Virus record (IMG/VR): IMGVR_UViG_3300008954_000003
Coordinates: 32,001-96,000 of that record
Source of the DNA: a virus
DNA: 64,000 nucleotides
Direction: 5' to 3' (one strand)
In this document: in pieces, positions 1-9,190 of the stretch
Layout of the letters: each line of letters starts with the position of its first letter
Numbering within the stretch: position 1 is the first letter of the stretch
Made by a program: the position numbers and the translations under genes
The notes under the pieces: generated by a model
Databases searched by the model: none
What the model saw: only the letters and a program-made list of their open reading frames with translations
Told to the model about the DNA's origin: nothing

Positions 1-350
1 AATTCTCTGACCTGATTGACAAGGAGTTGAGTGGTTTTGGCCATTTCCCAGAAGTGATCTGGAAAGCCATGCACATTTCAAACATGCTGTACCTTTCAGA
101 TGTGTCATCTATCGCTGACATCGAAGCTGCAATCTGTAGAACCCCTGTGTTTTTACCGAGAGAAGGTTCTCTTGTCGAAGAAAAGTTGAAGTTTATGAGC
201 CCGAGATACAAAGATCTGTTTGAAAGGGGTTTGATTTTTGATTCGATAGAAGGGTGGAGTGAGTCCGAGTACAAGAAAGGGGTTGAAGACTTCATTCAAG
301 AATGGTACAATACGGACGTAAATGAATTTTGGAAGCGGGTATACGAATGA
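1..350 (+). CDS. 3' part of a probable GT-B fold transferase (TagF/capsule-biosynthesis/sialyltransferase-like); truncated by the window edge
   Basis: The frame is open from the window start. The motif YLSDVSSIADIEAAICRTPV resembles the C-terminal 'SDxSS...EA...PV' segment of GT-B/TagF-like proteins. The stop overlaps the pseB start (ATGA). Confidence 0.4.
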   Translation, partial: FSDLIDKELSGFGHFPEVIWKAMHISNMLYLSDVSSIADIEAAICRTPVFLPREGSLVEEKLKFMSPRYKDLFERGLIFDSIEGWSESEYKKGVEDFIQEWYNTDVNEFWKRVYE

Positions 351-1315
351 AAATATTGATAACAGGAGGATCTGGATCTCTTGGAAGAGCTTTGGTCGCG
401 ATATTGAAAGAAGAGGGTCGGCACACCATTGCCGTTTATAGTCGTAATGAGGCTAAGTTGGCGAAGTATTTTGGTAGAGAACCCAGCGTCAAATGTTTCA
501 TTGGTGATGTTAGAGATTATAAAAGACTTAATAGTGTCATGAAGATGTTTCAACCAACTCATGTAATTCATGCTGCGGCATTGAAAAGAATTGATGATAT
601 GGAAATACACCCAACAGAGTGTATCGCTACGAACGTTGAGGGGTCAAAAAACGTGGCAAATGCCGCTATTGAGAACGGTGTGCAGAGATGTGTTCTTGTG
701 TCGACAGACAAAGCTTGTTTGCCAGTGAATACATATGGTGCAAGCAAGTTCTTAGCTGAACGACTTTTTACAAACTTTGATTACAGCTACTCTTCAACAA
801 GGCTTGCTTCAATACGATATGGAAATGTCATTGCAAGTCGTGGGTCTTTTATCCCAATGTGGATGAACGCCATAAAGAATGGCGAAATGATTGGAGTCAC
901 TTCGCTTGAGTGCAGTCGATTCTTGTTCACACTTCACGATGCAGCCAAGGCTGTCATTTCTGCACTTCATTATATGAGCGGCGGGGAAGTGTTTGTTCCT
1001 AAGTTAAAATCTTATAGGATGACGAGTGTGCTGGAAGCTTTGAAAAAATGTCTTGATGTGAAAGATATATCATATGATGTAATTGGTTTGCGGCCCGGAG
1101 AAAAGATTCATGAAGATATGTTATCTGAACTGGAATTAGAGCGAACGTTTGAAGTCAATGGGAAATTGTTGGCGATATTGCCGCAGTATTCTAATAGAGC
1201 GCATTTTGGGACGATACCATACAAAGGGGCTCTTTTGAATTCTGATTTGTGTGCTTCCAAAGATAACGAAGAGCTTGCAAAACTTATAATTCGTGGAGTT
1301 GAGGAGTCAAAATGA
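347..1315 (+). CDS. pseB: UDP-N-acetylglucosamine 4,6-dehydratase (PseB/FlaA1, polysaccharide biosynthesis protein family)
   Basis: ILITGGSGSLG Rossmann motif, GDVRD, HAAALK, STDKA, NTYGASK, RYGNVIASRGS, GLRPGEKIHE. ATG at 347 overlaps the upstream TGA. Confidence 0.9.
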   Translation: MKILITGGSGSLGRALVAILKEEGRHTIAVYSRNEAKLAKYFGREPSVKCFIGDVRDYKRLNSVMKMFQPTHVIHAAALKRIDDMEIHPTECIATNVEGSKNVANAAIENGVQRCVLVSTDKACLPVNTYGASKFLAERLFTNFDYSYSSTRLASIRYGNVIASRGSFIPMWMNAIKNGEMIGVTSLECSRFLFTLHDAAKAVISALHYMSGGEVFVPKLKSYRMTSVLEALKKCLDVKDISYDVIGLRPGEKIHEDMLSELELERTFEVNGKLLAILPQYSNRAHFGTIPYKGALLNSDLCASKDNEELAKLIIRGVEESK

Positions 1316-2589
1316 TGAGGACGAAGGAGGTGAGATTGTGGGAGAATGCTTGTCGTTATATCCCAAGAGGGACGATGACACTTAGTAAATGCCCAGATCA
1401 GTTTGTTGAGGGGGTTTATCCTATATTTGCAGATAGAGCTTACGGCGCAACGATTGTTGGTATAGATGGCCGGGAATACCTTGATTTTATGTGCGGGCTT
1501 GGCCCAATTGTTCTTGGATACGGGGATCCTGTTGTGAACGAGGCGATTAAAAAGCAGTTGGAGAAGGGAACAATTTTTCCGTTACCAACACTATTGGAAA
1601 CCAAACTTGCGAAACTTATTGTTGAAACTGTTCCAAGTGCAGAAATGGTTCGGTTTGCAAAGAACGGAACAGATGTCTGCACAGCAGCAGTTCGTATCGC
1701 AAGGTCATACACTGGGAAAGAACATGTTTTGAAGTGCGGCTATCATGGGTGGTCTGATTGGCATGGTATTACAACAGGCCGTGAACACGGCATTCCGAAG
1801 AGCATGAAAAAGATAATCAGCGAGTTCAAATACAACGACTTGGACGACCTTGAGAGTCTTTTGAAAAAATATGAAGTTGCCTGCATCATCATGGAAGCTG
1901 AGGCTTTGGAAGCGCCGAAACCGGGTTATTTAGATGGTGTGCGCGAACTTGCAACAAAGTATGAGGCTTTGCTTATCTTTGATGAGGTCGTGACAGGATA
2001 TCGTTGGGGCCTTGGTGGCGCACAAGAAATGTTTGATGTCATTCCAGATTTGACAACACTTGGGAAATCGATTGCAAATGGACTTCCACTAAGTGTTATT
2101 TGTGGAAAGAAGAAATACATGGAAGAATTGAATCATGTTTTCTTTTCAATGACTTTTGGAGGGGAATGTCTTTCGATGGCGGCAGCAGTTGCAACGATTG
2201 AAGAATTGAAGAAAAAAGATTACGGAGCACTGTGGGAACTAAACCGAAAGTTTATACAAGGAATCAATAATGCCGCAACCAAACACAAACTCCTCATTAA
2301 TTTTGCAGGGACTGGCTTAAGACATAACCTTACTTTTGATAAATCGTATAAGGACCCCTCCGGGATGAGAGATTTGTTTTATCAGAGGATGATCGATTTT
2401 AACGTCTTTTTCTCAAACGTCCTATACCTTCAGTTCTCACATACAGAAAGTGATATTGAAGATGCAGTAGCTGCGGCAGAACAATCATTCGCCTTTGTGA
2501 AAGCGAACATGAATGATATCGATGGGGCTTTGAACGGAAAAAGAAGCGTTTCTGTTTTTCTAAAGAGAGACAAAGATGAGGAAGATTGA
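1312..2589 (+). CDS. Class-III PLP-dependent aminotransferase (glutamate-1-semialdehyde aminomutase-like), probably a sugar aminotransferase
   Basis: DGREYLDF, VRFAKNGTD, GYHGW, LIFDEVVTGYR, PDLTTLGKSIANG (PLP lysine), TFGG; lies inside the sugar operon. Confidence 0.85.
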   Translation: MMRTKEVRLWENACRYIPRGTMTLSKCPDQFVEGVYPIFADRAYGATIVGIDGREYLDFMCGLGPIVLGYGDPVVNEAIKKQLEKGTIFPLPTLLETKLAKLIVETVPSAEMVRFAKNGTDVCTAAVRIARSYTGKEHVLKCGYHGWSDWHGITTGREHGIPKSMKKIISEFKYNDLDDLESLLKKYEVACIIMEAEALEAPKPGYLDGVRELATKYEALLIFDEVVTGYRWGLGGAQEMFDVIPDLTTLGKSIANGLPLSVICGKKKYMEELNHVFFSMTFGGECLSMAAAVATIEELKKKDYGALWELNRKFIQGINNAATKHKLLINFAGTGLRHNLTFDKSYKDPSGMRDLFYQRMIDFNVFFSNVLYLQFSHTESDIEDAVAAAEQSFAFVKANMNDIDGALNGKRSVSVFLKRDKDEED

Positions 2590-3268
2590 AGATACTCTTT
2601 TCATAATTCAAGCAAGGGTCGATTCATCTCGCATTGAGCGGAAGATGATTCGACCTTTTGCTGATTCGTGCCTGTTTGAAATAGCAATAAAGAAAGTGCT
2701 CTCCTCTAAGATTCCAAAGGAGAATTTTTATGTGTCGATATTGGACAAAGAGCTTGAAGAGATTGCCCTCAAATACAAAGTGAATATGTTTATGAGGGGC
2801 AAGGGGACCTTGGAAGAACCAATAACACTTCAAAAGATATTTGAGTGGAGACTATTACCCTTTAAACATTATGTGAATTTGGGTGCCTGCAATCCGCTTG
2901 TGACCACAGAAACAATCGACAATTTTATTGAAGAGTTTCTTGCAATGCCTGAAGAGCGGACGGGAATGTTCGCGGTGGTTCCAAGAAGAAACTTCTTTTA
3001 TAACAGCCAAGGGAAGATGATAAATCTCTTTCATGGAAAAAAAGAGCACCTTGTTACCCTGGAAACAAAATTGGTTGGAACAACCTATGAAGCGGCACAT
3101 ACATTGTATGCCGGACAAATTGAAGATATTGAAAAAGGAATTTATATGGGTAATTTTGAAAATTACGAAGTCGCCTTTTATAGCATGAAAGAAGAAGAAG
3201 TCTTTGATATTGATTATCCATGGCAATTTGATTTGGCAGAACAGATGTATATTTTGAGGAACAAGTGA
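2576..3268 (+). CDS. neuA: Acylneuraminate (CMP-nonulosonic acid) cytidylyltransferase, NeuA/PseF family
   Basis: N-terminal IIQARVDSSRIERKMIRPF and C-terminal FDIDYPWQF motifs; near the NeuB homolog. Confidence 0.8.
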   Translation: MRKIEDTLFIIQARVDSSRIERKMIRPFADSCLFEIAIKKVLSSKIPKENFYVSILDKELEEIALKYKVNMFMRGKGTLEEPITLQKIFEWRLLPFKHYVNLGACNPLVTTETIDNFIEEFLAMPEERTGMFAVVPRRNFFYNSQGKMINLFHGKKEHLVTLETKLVGTTYEAAHTLYAGQIEDIEKGIYMGNFENYEVAFYSMKEEEVFDIDYPWQFDLAEQMYILRNK

Positions 3269-4134
3269 AAGCAGTTATAATTGGGAATGGTTCAATCGGA
3301 AAGCGCCATAAGAGGAATTTGAAGGAGATGGGCATTGATGTTCGAACAGTTGATGTCGACGAGGCTCACAACCTTAATGCGATATTAAACAGTCGTGTTT
3401 GGGATTTTGGCCTTGTGTGCAGCCCGACGAACCTTCATCTTCAACACACATATGAACTTGTTAGGAGGGGCATTCCAACGTTTTGTGAAAAACCGTTTTA
3501 TCGAGAAAAAGATAAAGAGCTTTTGACGAAAATAAGGCGTTGTGTGAAACACAAAAACCTTCCAAATATGGTCGGTTGCAATTTGAGATTTCATGAAGAG
3601 ATAGCCCAGGTGGCAAACCATGGCTTTTTTAAGAAACCAGATGTTGCATATGCTCATTTTGGTTATGATTTGAAAAAATGGCATAATGACGGGAAACATC
3701 TTGAATTATATAGTGCAAACAAAAGTATGGGTGGCGGCATAACATTTGATGCCATACATGAGTTCGACTATCTTTATCATTGGTATGGAGAAATTGATAA
3801 GATCGATGTTGTTGCAAAGAAAGTGTCAGACGTAACAGTTGACACAGAGGATGTATGCGATGGGAAGATTTATTTCAGAAACGGACAGGTTGCTTATATC
3901 CATTTGGATTATTTAGCACCAGAGTATACAAGGTTTTTTATGTTTCCTTATTCACCAAGCTGTTATTACTACGACAAACCCATTAATATTGTACCAAGTA
4001 ATGAGATGTATGAATTTGAGATGAGGTACTTTGTAGGAAACCTGATATATGATGTAGAAGGGTGTATCAATTCTTTTGATGAAGCAATACACCTGATTGA
4101 CAAAATAAACGAAGGACTAAAATATGAATTCTAA
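3265..4134 (+). CDS. Gfo/Idh/MocA family oxidoreductase
   Basis: GNGSIGKRH, CSPTNLH, CEKP, VGCNLRFH, GGG-FDAIHEFD. Confidence 0.85.
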   Translation: MKAVIIGNGSIGKRHKRNLKEMGIDVRTVDVDEAHNLNAILNSRVWDFGLVCSPTNLHLQHTYELVRRGIPTFCEKPFYREKDKELLTKIRRCVKHKNLPNMVGCNLRFHEEIAQVANHGFFKKPDVAYAHFGYDLKKWHNDGKHLELYSANKSMGGGITFDAIHEFDYLYHWYGEIDKIDVVAKKVSDVTVDTEDVCDGKIYFRNGQVAYIHLDYLAPEYTRFFMFPYSPSCYYYDKPINIVPSNEMYEFEMRYFVGNLIYDVEGCINSFDEAIHLIDKINEGLKYEF

Positions 4135-5143
4135 AAAGACATATGTAATCGCGGAAGTTGGAGCCAACCACGATCGTGAGTTCGGCAAAGCTTGGAAGAT
4201 GATAGAGGTTGCTGCCGAAGCGGGAGCTAATGCCGTCAAGTTTCAGACATATTCAGCGGAAACTTTATATTCAAAAAACACCCCTGATTTTGCTGGGTAC
4301 AAAAACATCAATAAGCTTATCAAAAGAATTGAAATTCCAAGACATTGGCAAAAGGATTTAAAAGAAATTTGTGAGAGTTTTGACGTTGAGTTCTTGTCGA
4401 CACCGTTTGATGAAAGAGCGGTTGAAGAGCTTTATGAGCTTGGAATGAAAAGATTTAAAATTGGAAGTTTTGAGGCGAGTGACCCGAGATTCGTCAGGCT
4501 TGTTGCCTCAACAGGTTTACCATTGGTTATATCACTTGGCTGTGGGGCAAACCCAAGCGATATCATTGATTGGGTCTTGGAAGAAAATAAAGATCCCGAC
4601 ATAACATTCCTTCATTGTAATAGTGCATACCCGACGCCGCTTGAAGATATTAGGCTTGGAACCATTCGATATCAAACAGTTTATAGGAAACAATTTAGTA
4701 AAGAGATATGCCCAAAGCGCGGCCTCTCTGATCACACAAAGGGGATCTTGATCCCACCAGTTGCTGTTGCATTAGGGGCGTCAGTGATAGAAAAACATTT
4801 CACGATGGATAGAGAAGGTCGTGGACCTGACCATAGTTTTGCTATTGAACCTAATGAGTTAAAACAGATGATTGAAAATATTCGCAAAGTTGAAATAGCA
4901 ATGGGAGAAAGGCACGGATCAACATTAACGATAAGCGAACAAAAATTTGCTCATGCGAAAAGGTCAATCGTGGCGAAAAAGCGTATTAATCCCGGTGAGA
5001 TTTTTACGAAAGACAACATAACAACGATAAGACCGTGTTTTGAACATAATATTCCGGCTGAAGAGTTTTATAATATTCTTGGTAAAGAGTGCAAGGAGGA
5101 GTTGTTGGAGGGCGAGGCTTTAACAAAGTGGGGAAAAAAATAA
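4124..5143 (+). CDS. neuB: N-acetylneuraminate/pseudaminate synthase (NeuB/PseI) with C-terminal SAF domain
   Basis: IAEVGANH, AVKFQTY, FLSTPFD, HCNSAYPT, GLSDHT, IEKHFT, GPDH, RSIVA (SAF). Confidence 0.93.
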   Translation: MNSKKTYVIAEVGANHDREFGKAWKMIEVAAEAGANAVKFQTYSAETLYSKNTPDFAGYKNINKLIKRIEIPRHWQKDLKEICESFDVEFLSTPFDERAVEELYELGMKRFKIGSFEASDPRFVRLVASTGLPLVISLGCGANPSDIIDWVLEENKDPDITFLHCNSAYPTPLEDIRLGTIRYQTVYRKQFSKEICPKRGLSDHTKGILIPPVAVALGASVIEKHFTMDREGRGPDHSFAIEPNELKQMIENIRKVEIAMGERHGSTLTISEQKFAHAKRSIVAKKRINPGEIFTKDNITTIRPCFEHNIPAEEFYNILGKECKEELLEGEALTKWGKK

Positions 5144-5844
5144 TGGCATATATTCTTTGTAAAGATTTAAAATATATTGATGTTGAGAGACTGAGGCAAC
5201 GAAGTGCCACCCAGTGGTTTGTTATCCAGGAAGAAGATCTATTGAACCCGGATCCTATGTGGGCAAATGTACACACTGTCATCGAGCACTTTACTTCGTC
5301 CTCGGATAGGAAAATCTTTGTTCCATTTTACTCAAAGAAGATTCCAAAAGAAATTTATGAAAAGTACGAGGTGATAATTTTTCACATGACGGATGTTCCT
5401 TATGGCCGAGGAGGCTCACCTCTTCAAAATCTTATAAAAAGAGGCCATAGCTTGACAAAAATAGCAGCATTACAATGTACTGACAATTTAGACGCAGGAG
5501 ACGTTTACCTTAAAGAGATGTTATCCCTCGATGGGACAGCAGAAGAAATTTACAAGAGAGCAGGTCTTATTATTGAAGATATGATGTGGAGAATCGCAAA
5601 AATGAACATTGTTCCAAAGCCACAAATTGGAACTGTGACAAAATTTAAACGCCGAAAGCCGGCGCAAAGTGAGATTGTTACCGAATGTGGCTTGACAGAG
5701 CTTTATGATCACATCAGAATGTTAGATGCGCCTGATTATCCAAAAGCTTTTGTTGAATACAACAATTATCGTTTGGAATTTACAGGGGCACGCTTGGAAA
5801 ATGGCAAGTTAACAGCGAACGTTGAGTTCGTGGAGGATGAATAA
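5143..5844 (+). CDS. Sugar N-formyltransferase (methionyl-tRNA formyltransferase-like, short type)
   Basis: FHMTDVPYGRGGSPLQNLI, LDAGDVY, IRMLDAPDYPKAF. ATG at 5143 overlaps the TAA of neuB. Confidence 0.8.
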   Translation: MAYILCKDLKYIDVERLRQRSATQWFVIQEEDLLNPDPMWANVHTVIEHFTSSSDRKIFVPFYSKKIPKEIYEKYEVIIFHMTDVPYGRGGSPLQNLIKRGHSLTKIAALQCTDNLDAGDVYLKEMLSLDGTAEEIYKRAGLIIEDMMWRIAKMNIVPKPQIGTVTKFKRRKPAQSEIVTECGLTELYDHIRMLDAPDYPKAFVEYNNYRLEFTGARLENGKLTANVEFVEDE

Positions 5845-6497
5845 TGAAAGTTTTAGTAATGGCAGCGCACCCCGACGATGAGCTTCTTGGCTGTGGAGGG
5901 ACCATGGCGAAACTTATTGAAGAGGGTCATGAAGTTCACATTCTTGTCTTTGCAGATGGTAGTGGGGCAAGGGATAATGAGTACGAAGGGTACACAAGAA
6001 TACCGGAACTCATGACATTGGCAAACTTTATGGGAGTCAAGAGCTGTAAGGCGGGCAACTTCCCAGATAACAAGATGGATTCTGTTCCATTGCTTAATGT
6101 CTGTAAGTTTATTGAAAAGAACGTGAACTTTGAGCCGGATATCATTTTTACACATCACCCGAGTTGCTTAAACATTGATCATGCGACAGTCACTAGGGCA
6201 ACTTTGACAGCTTTTAGGCCGCAACATGGAAGCGAAATGGCGATTTATGCTTATTTTGTACCGTCTTCAACGGATTATAACCCGCTTAACACTTTTCAAG
6301 GAAACGTATATTTTGATGTTGAGGATCATCAAAAGGTTAAACTCGACAATATTGAACAATATTATGGTGGAGAGTTGAGAGAGCACCCTCATTCAAGATC
6401 TCGTGAAAATTTAGAAAACCTTATGAGAGTTTGGGGAGCAGAAGTCGGCCTTGAATATGCTGAAAAGTTTCAATTGTTACGACAGGTGGTGAAATGA
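5844..6497 (+). CDS. PIG-L/LmbE family N-deacetylase
   Basis: AAHPDDELLGCGG, THH..LNIDH, HSRS..., AEKF. Confidence 0.9.
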   Translation: MKVLVMAAHPDDELLGCGGTMAKLIEEGHEVHILVFADGSGARDNEYEGYTRIPELMTLANFMGVKSCKAGNFPDNKMDSVPLLNVCKFIEKNVNFEPDIIFTHHPSCLNIDHATVTRATLTAFRPQHGSEMAIYAYFVPSSTDYNPLNTFQGNVYFDVEDHQKVKLDNIEQYYGGELREHPHSRSRENLENLMRVWGAEVGLEYAEKFQLLRQVVK

Positions 6498-7015
6498 TAA
6501 AAGGCAAAAGGATAATATTGAGAGCGGTTGAAGAAGAGCACCTTAGTAAGTTGTTGTTGTGGCGAAATATGTATTTGCCTTATTTCCGTGAGTATAGGGT
6601 CATGGGAATCGAGGATCAGCGTCGTTGGTGGAGAGACAAAATTCTTAATGATGATTCATGGCAGTACTTTGTAGCGTGCGACCAAGCTACTGTTGTTGGG
6701 GCTGTTGGCTTAACATATATTCACCCGATTTATCAGACAGCAGAGTTTGCTATAACCGTTGGGGAACGATATCGTGGCAATGGTTATGGTTCTGATATGT
6801 TAAAGACAATAATAAAACACGGCTTTGAGAGTTTAAACCTTAACAGAATTTGGTGTGAGGTGTATGACAACAATGAAGCTATTGGTTTGTATAGAAAAAT
6901 CGGCTTCAAAGACGAAGGGACTCTGAGACAACATGTTTACAAAGATGGTAAATATCTTGATGCTCATGTTCTTGGAATGTTAAGAGAAGATTATAAGTGG
7001 AGAAACTGGAAGTGA
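6494..7015 (+). CDS. GNAT (RimJ/RimL-type) N-acetyltransferase, PseH-like
   Basis: WRN, RGNGYG acetyl-CoA motif, NNEAIGLYRKIGFKDEG; sugar operon context. Confidence 0.8.
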   Translation: MIKGKRIILRAVEEEHLSKLLLWRNMYLPYFREYRVMGIEDQRRWWRDKILNDDSWQYFVACDQATVVGAVGLTYIHPIYQTAEFAITVGERYRGNGYGSDMLKTIIKHGFESLNLNRIWCEVYDNNEAIGLYRKIGFKDEGTLRQHVYKDGKYLDAHVLGMLREDYKWRNWK

Positions 7016-7869
7016 AAATATTAGTAACAGGTGGGCTTGGATTTGTTGGTTCTAATCTTGTTGATGAACTTATGAGCAAAGAGGGTTGCGAGGTTTTTGT
7101 CATAGATAACCTTTGTTCGGATTCTTCTTCAAGAAACTATATGAGAAACGATGTGACTTATTGGATTGACGACGTTAGGAACTTAAACACATACAAATAC
7201 GATGGCCATAAATTTGATGTGATTTATCATCTTGCAGCGTTGGCGAGAATCCAACCAAGTTTTAAAGATCCGTTAACATACCTTTCAACAGATGTTCTTG
7301 GAACAGCGTGTGTTTGTGAATATGCGCGTCGGTGTTTTGCGAAGCTTGTTTATGCAGGATCATCATCAGCATATGCGGGGCCAATGTTAAACCCTTATGC
7401 TTTCGCAAAACACACCGGAGAACAAGTTTGTGAGTTATATCACCGCGTGTACGGCATGAGTACCGTTACAGCGCGGTTTTTTAATGTTTATGGTAAGAGG
7501 CAACCAACGAAAGGTGCCTATGCAACAGTTGTTGGAATTTTCGAAGGCTTAACATCAGCAGGAAAACCGCTTACAGTAACAGGTGATGGCGAGCAAAGAA
7601 GGGATTTCACACATATTTCAGATATTGTGGCAGGGTTTATATCGCTTGGAGAAGGGATTTGGCAAGCTCAAGTATTTGACCTTGGTTGTGGAAAAAACTA
7701 TTCTATAAACGAGCTTGCAGATATGTTCGGTGGAGAGAAAGTTTATATTCCAAAACGACCTGGCGAAGCAAGAGACACATTGGCAGATTTTTCTGAGATG
7801 TTCAAAGCAACAGGTTGGGAGTCCAAGGTCAAACTTGAGGGATACATTACAAATTGGTTGGTGAGGTAA
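7012..7869 (+). CDS. NAD-dependent sugar epimerase/dehydratase (extended SDR)
   Basis: VTGGLGFVG, HLAA, YAGSSS, PYAFAK (YxxxK), RFFNVYG, GDGEQRRDFTH. GTG at 7012 overlaps the upstream TGA. Confidence 0.9.
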   Translation: MKILVTGGLGFVGSNLVDELMSKEGCEVFVIDNLCSDSSSRNYMRNDVTYWIDDVRNLNTYKYDGHKFDVIYHLAALARIQPSFKDPLTYLSTDVLGTACVCEYARRCFAKLVYAGSSSAYAGPMLNPYAFAKHTGEQVCELYHRVYGMSTVTARFFNVYGKRQPTKGAYATVVGIFEGLTSAGKPLTVTGDGEQRRDFTHISDIVAGFISLGEGIWQAQVFDLGCGKNYSINELADMFGGEKVYIPKRPGEARDTLADFSEMFKATGWESKVKLEGYITNWLVR

Positions 7870-7871
7870 AG

Positions 7872-8756
7872 ATGAGAAATGCAAAAGTAGGTGTTGTTGG
7901 TTTAGGTTTTGTAGGTTCGGCTCTGATTAAGGGCCTAAAGAAGAAAGAGTATTTTAATGCAATTCACACTTATGATAAATATAAAAATTCTTCGTGTGAG
8001 TCACTCAAAGAGCTTTGCAAACAAACAGAATTAATTTTCGTTTGTGTGCCAACGCCGATGAAGACGGCAGACGGTGGAGCAAACGTAAGTTATGTTCGGG
8101 ATACGATTCTTGAAATAGATTCATACAAAAAGAATCACATTGTTGTTATAAAATCAACAGTCCCGCCGGGAACGACAAAATTAATTCAAAAGTTGTGTAC
8201 CAACTGCTCGATAGTGTTCAGCCCAGAATTCTTAACAGAAGCCAATTTCCTTAACGACTTTCTAAATCAGGACCGTATTGTCCTTGGGGGAAGTTGGAGT
8301 GCAAAACATGCGGTGAAAGACTTTTTCCAAAAAGGTTGGCAAGAAGGTGCTTCTATTACTGGTAGGGTGGGAACAAAGTATCTGTTAACAGATTCAACAA
8401 CAGCAGAAATGGTTAAATATTTTGCTAATTGTTTTTTGGCGACAAAGGTAACGTTTGCCAACGAGATGCACAATCTTTGTGAAACAGTTGGTGTTGACTA
8501 TGGAGAGGTGGTTCATATTGCGACACACGATAGAAGAATAAACAACTCCCACTTTGAAGTTCCAGGCCCAGACGGAGGTTTTGGATTTTCAGGAAGTTGT
8601 TTTCCGAAAGATCTTTGTGCATTGTTGGAGCTATTAAATCTTCATGGTCTTACAGCACCAATGTTAAACGGGGTTTGGGAATCAAATTTGCTCTCAAGAC
8701 CAGAAAGAGATTGGGAAAAATTAAAAGGTCGGGCAATAACCGACGAGGAGAAATAA
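7872..8756 (+). CDS. UDP-glucose/GDP-mannose dehydrogenase family protein, short form lacking the C-terminal domain
   Basis: GLGFVG, CVPTP, KSTVPPG, SPEFL, AEMVKY, GFSGSCFPKD (catalytic Cys); ends at about 295 aa. Confidence 0.85.
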   Translation: MRNAKVGVVGLGFVGSALIKGLKKKEYFNAIHTYDKYKNSSCESLKELCKQTELIFVCVPTPMKTADGGANVSYVRDTILEIDSYKKNHIVVIKSTVPPGTTKLIQKLCTNCSIVFSPEFLTEANFLNDFLNQDRIVLGGSWSAKHAVKDFFQKGWQEGASITGRVGTKYLLTDSTTAEMVKYFANCFLATKVTFANEMHNLCETVGVDYGEVVHIATHDRRINNSHFEVPGPDGGFGFSGSCFPKDLCALLELLNLHGLTAPMLNGVWESNLLSRPERDWEKLKGRAITDEEK

Positions 8757-8757
8757 A

Positions 8758-8949
8758 ATGGTAATTTTAAGTGATCAGGCTCTTGGGGCCGTGATGATGG
8801 CACTACAAAAGAGTTTGATGGATCAATCGGATATTGTTCCGGTTCTCAAAGGATTCCAGTTTGCTCTTCATGAGAAGAAAAACGAAACAGAGTTGATCGT
8901 TTTGAATCCGCCAATCGTCAAAGTTGACAAAGAAGATGCCGACTTATAA
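8758..8949 (+). CDS. Small hypothetical phage protein
   Basis: 63-aa ORF with GAGGAG SD, coupled to its neighbours. Confidence 0.6.
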   Translation: MVILSDQALGAVMMALQKSLMDQSDIVPVLKGFQFALHEKKNETELIVLNPPIVKVDKEDADL

Positions 8950-9190
8950 ATACAAATGTCATGTTTGTGAGAATGTTTGGGAACAGAGACACCTGTTCTC
9001 TGAAAAGCCGGAACCTTGTGAATGCAGTTCTGAGGATATAGAACGAGTACCCTCTTTCGTTCGAATAGAATCTAAAATTGAGAAGAGGCAGCTTGTTGGT
9101 GATGTGGTAAAAGAATTTTTGAAAGAAGCAACGGAAGATTTGGGACAACAACAACAAGATTACCAAAGTAAAGAATACGGAGAAGAATAA
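8936..9190 (+). CDS. FmdB-family zinc-ribbon protein
   Basis: MPTYKYKCHVC...PCECSSEDIERV is the typical FmdB N-terminus. ATG at 8936. Confidence 0.75.
   Translation: MPTYKYKCHVCENVWEQRHLFSEKPEPCECSSEDIERVPSFVRIESKIEKRQLVGDVVKEFLKEATEDLGQQQQDYQSKEYGEE

Noticed and set aside
1312-2589. hemL (heme biosynthesis auxiliary gene)
   Set aside because: Translationally coupled inside a sugar operon with no other tetrapyrrole genes.
5143-5844. True methionyl-tRNA formyltransferase (fmt)
   Set aside because: Short, has HMTDVPYGRGGSP rather than HxSLLPxxRG, and lies in a nonulosonate operon.
1-8756. Sugar operon as bacterial chromosome flanking a prophage
   Set aside because: Same strand, similar composition and continuous gene coupling into phage genes, with no integrase or att-like boundary; read-level confirmation is still advisable.
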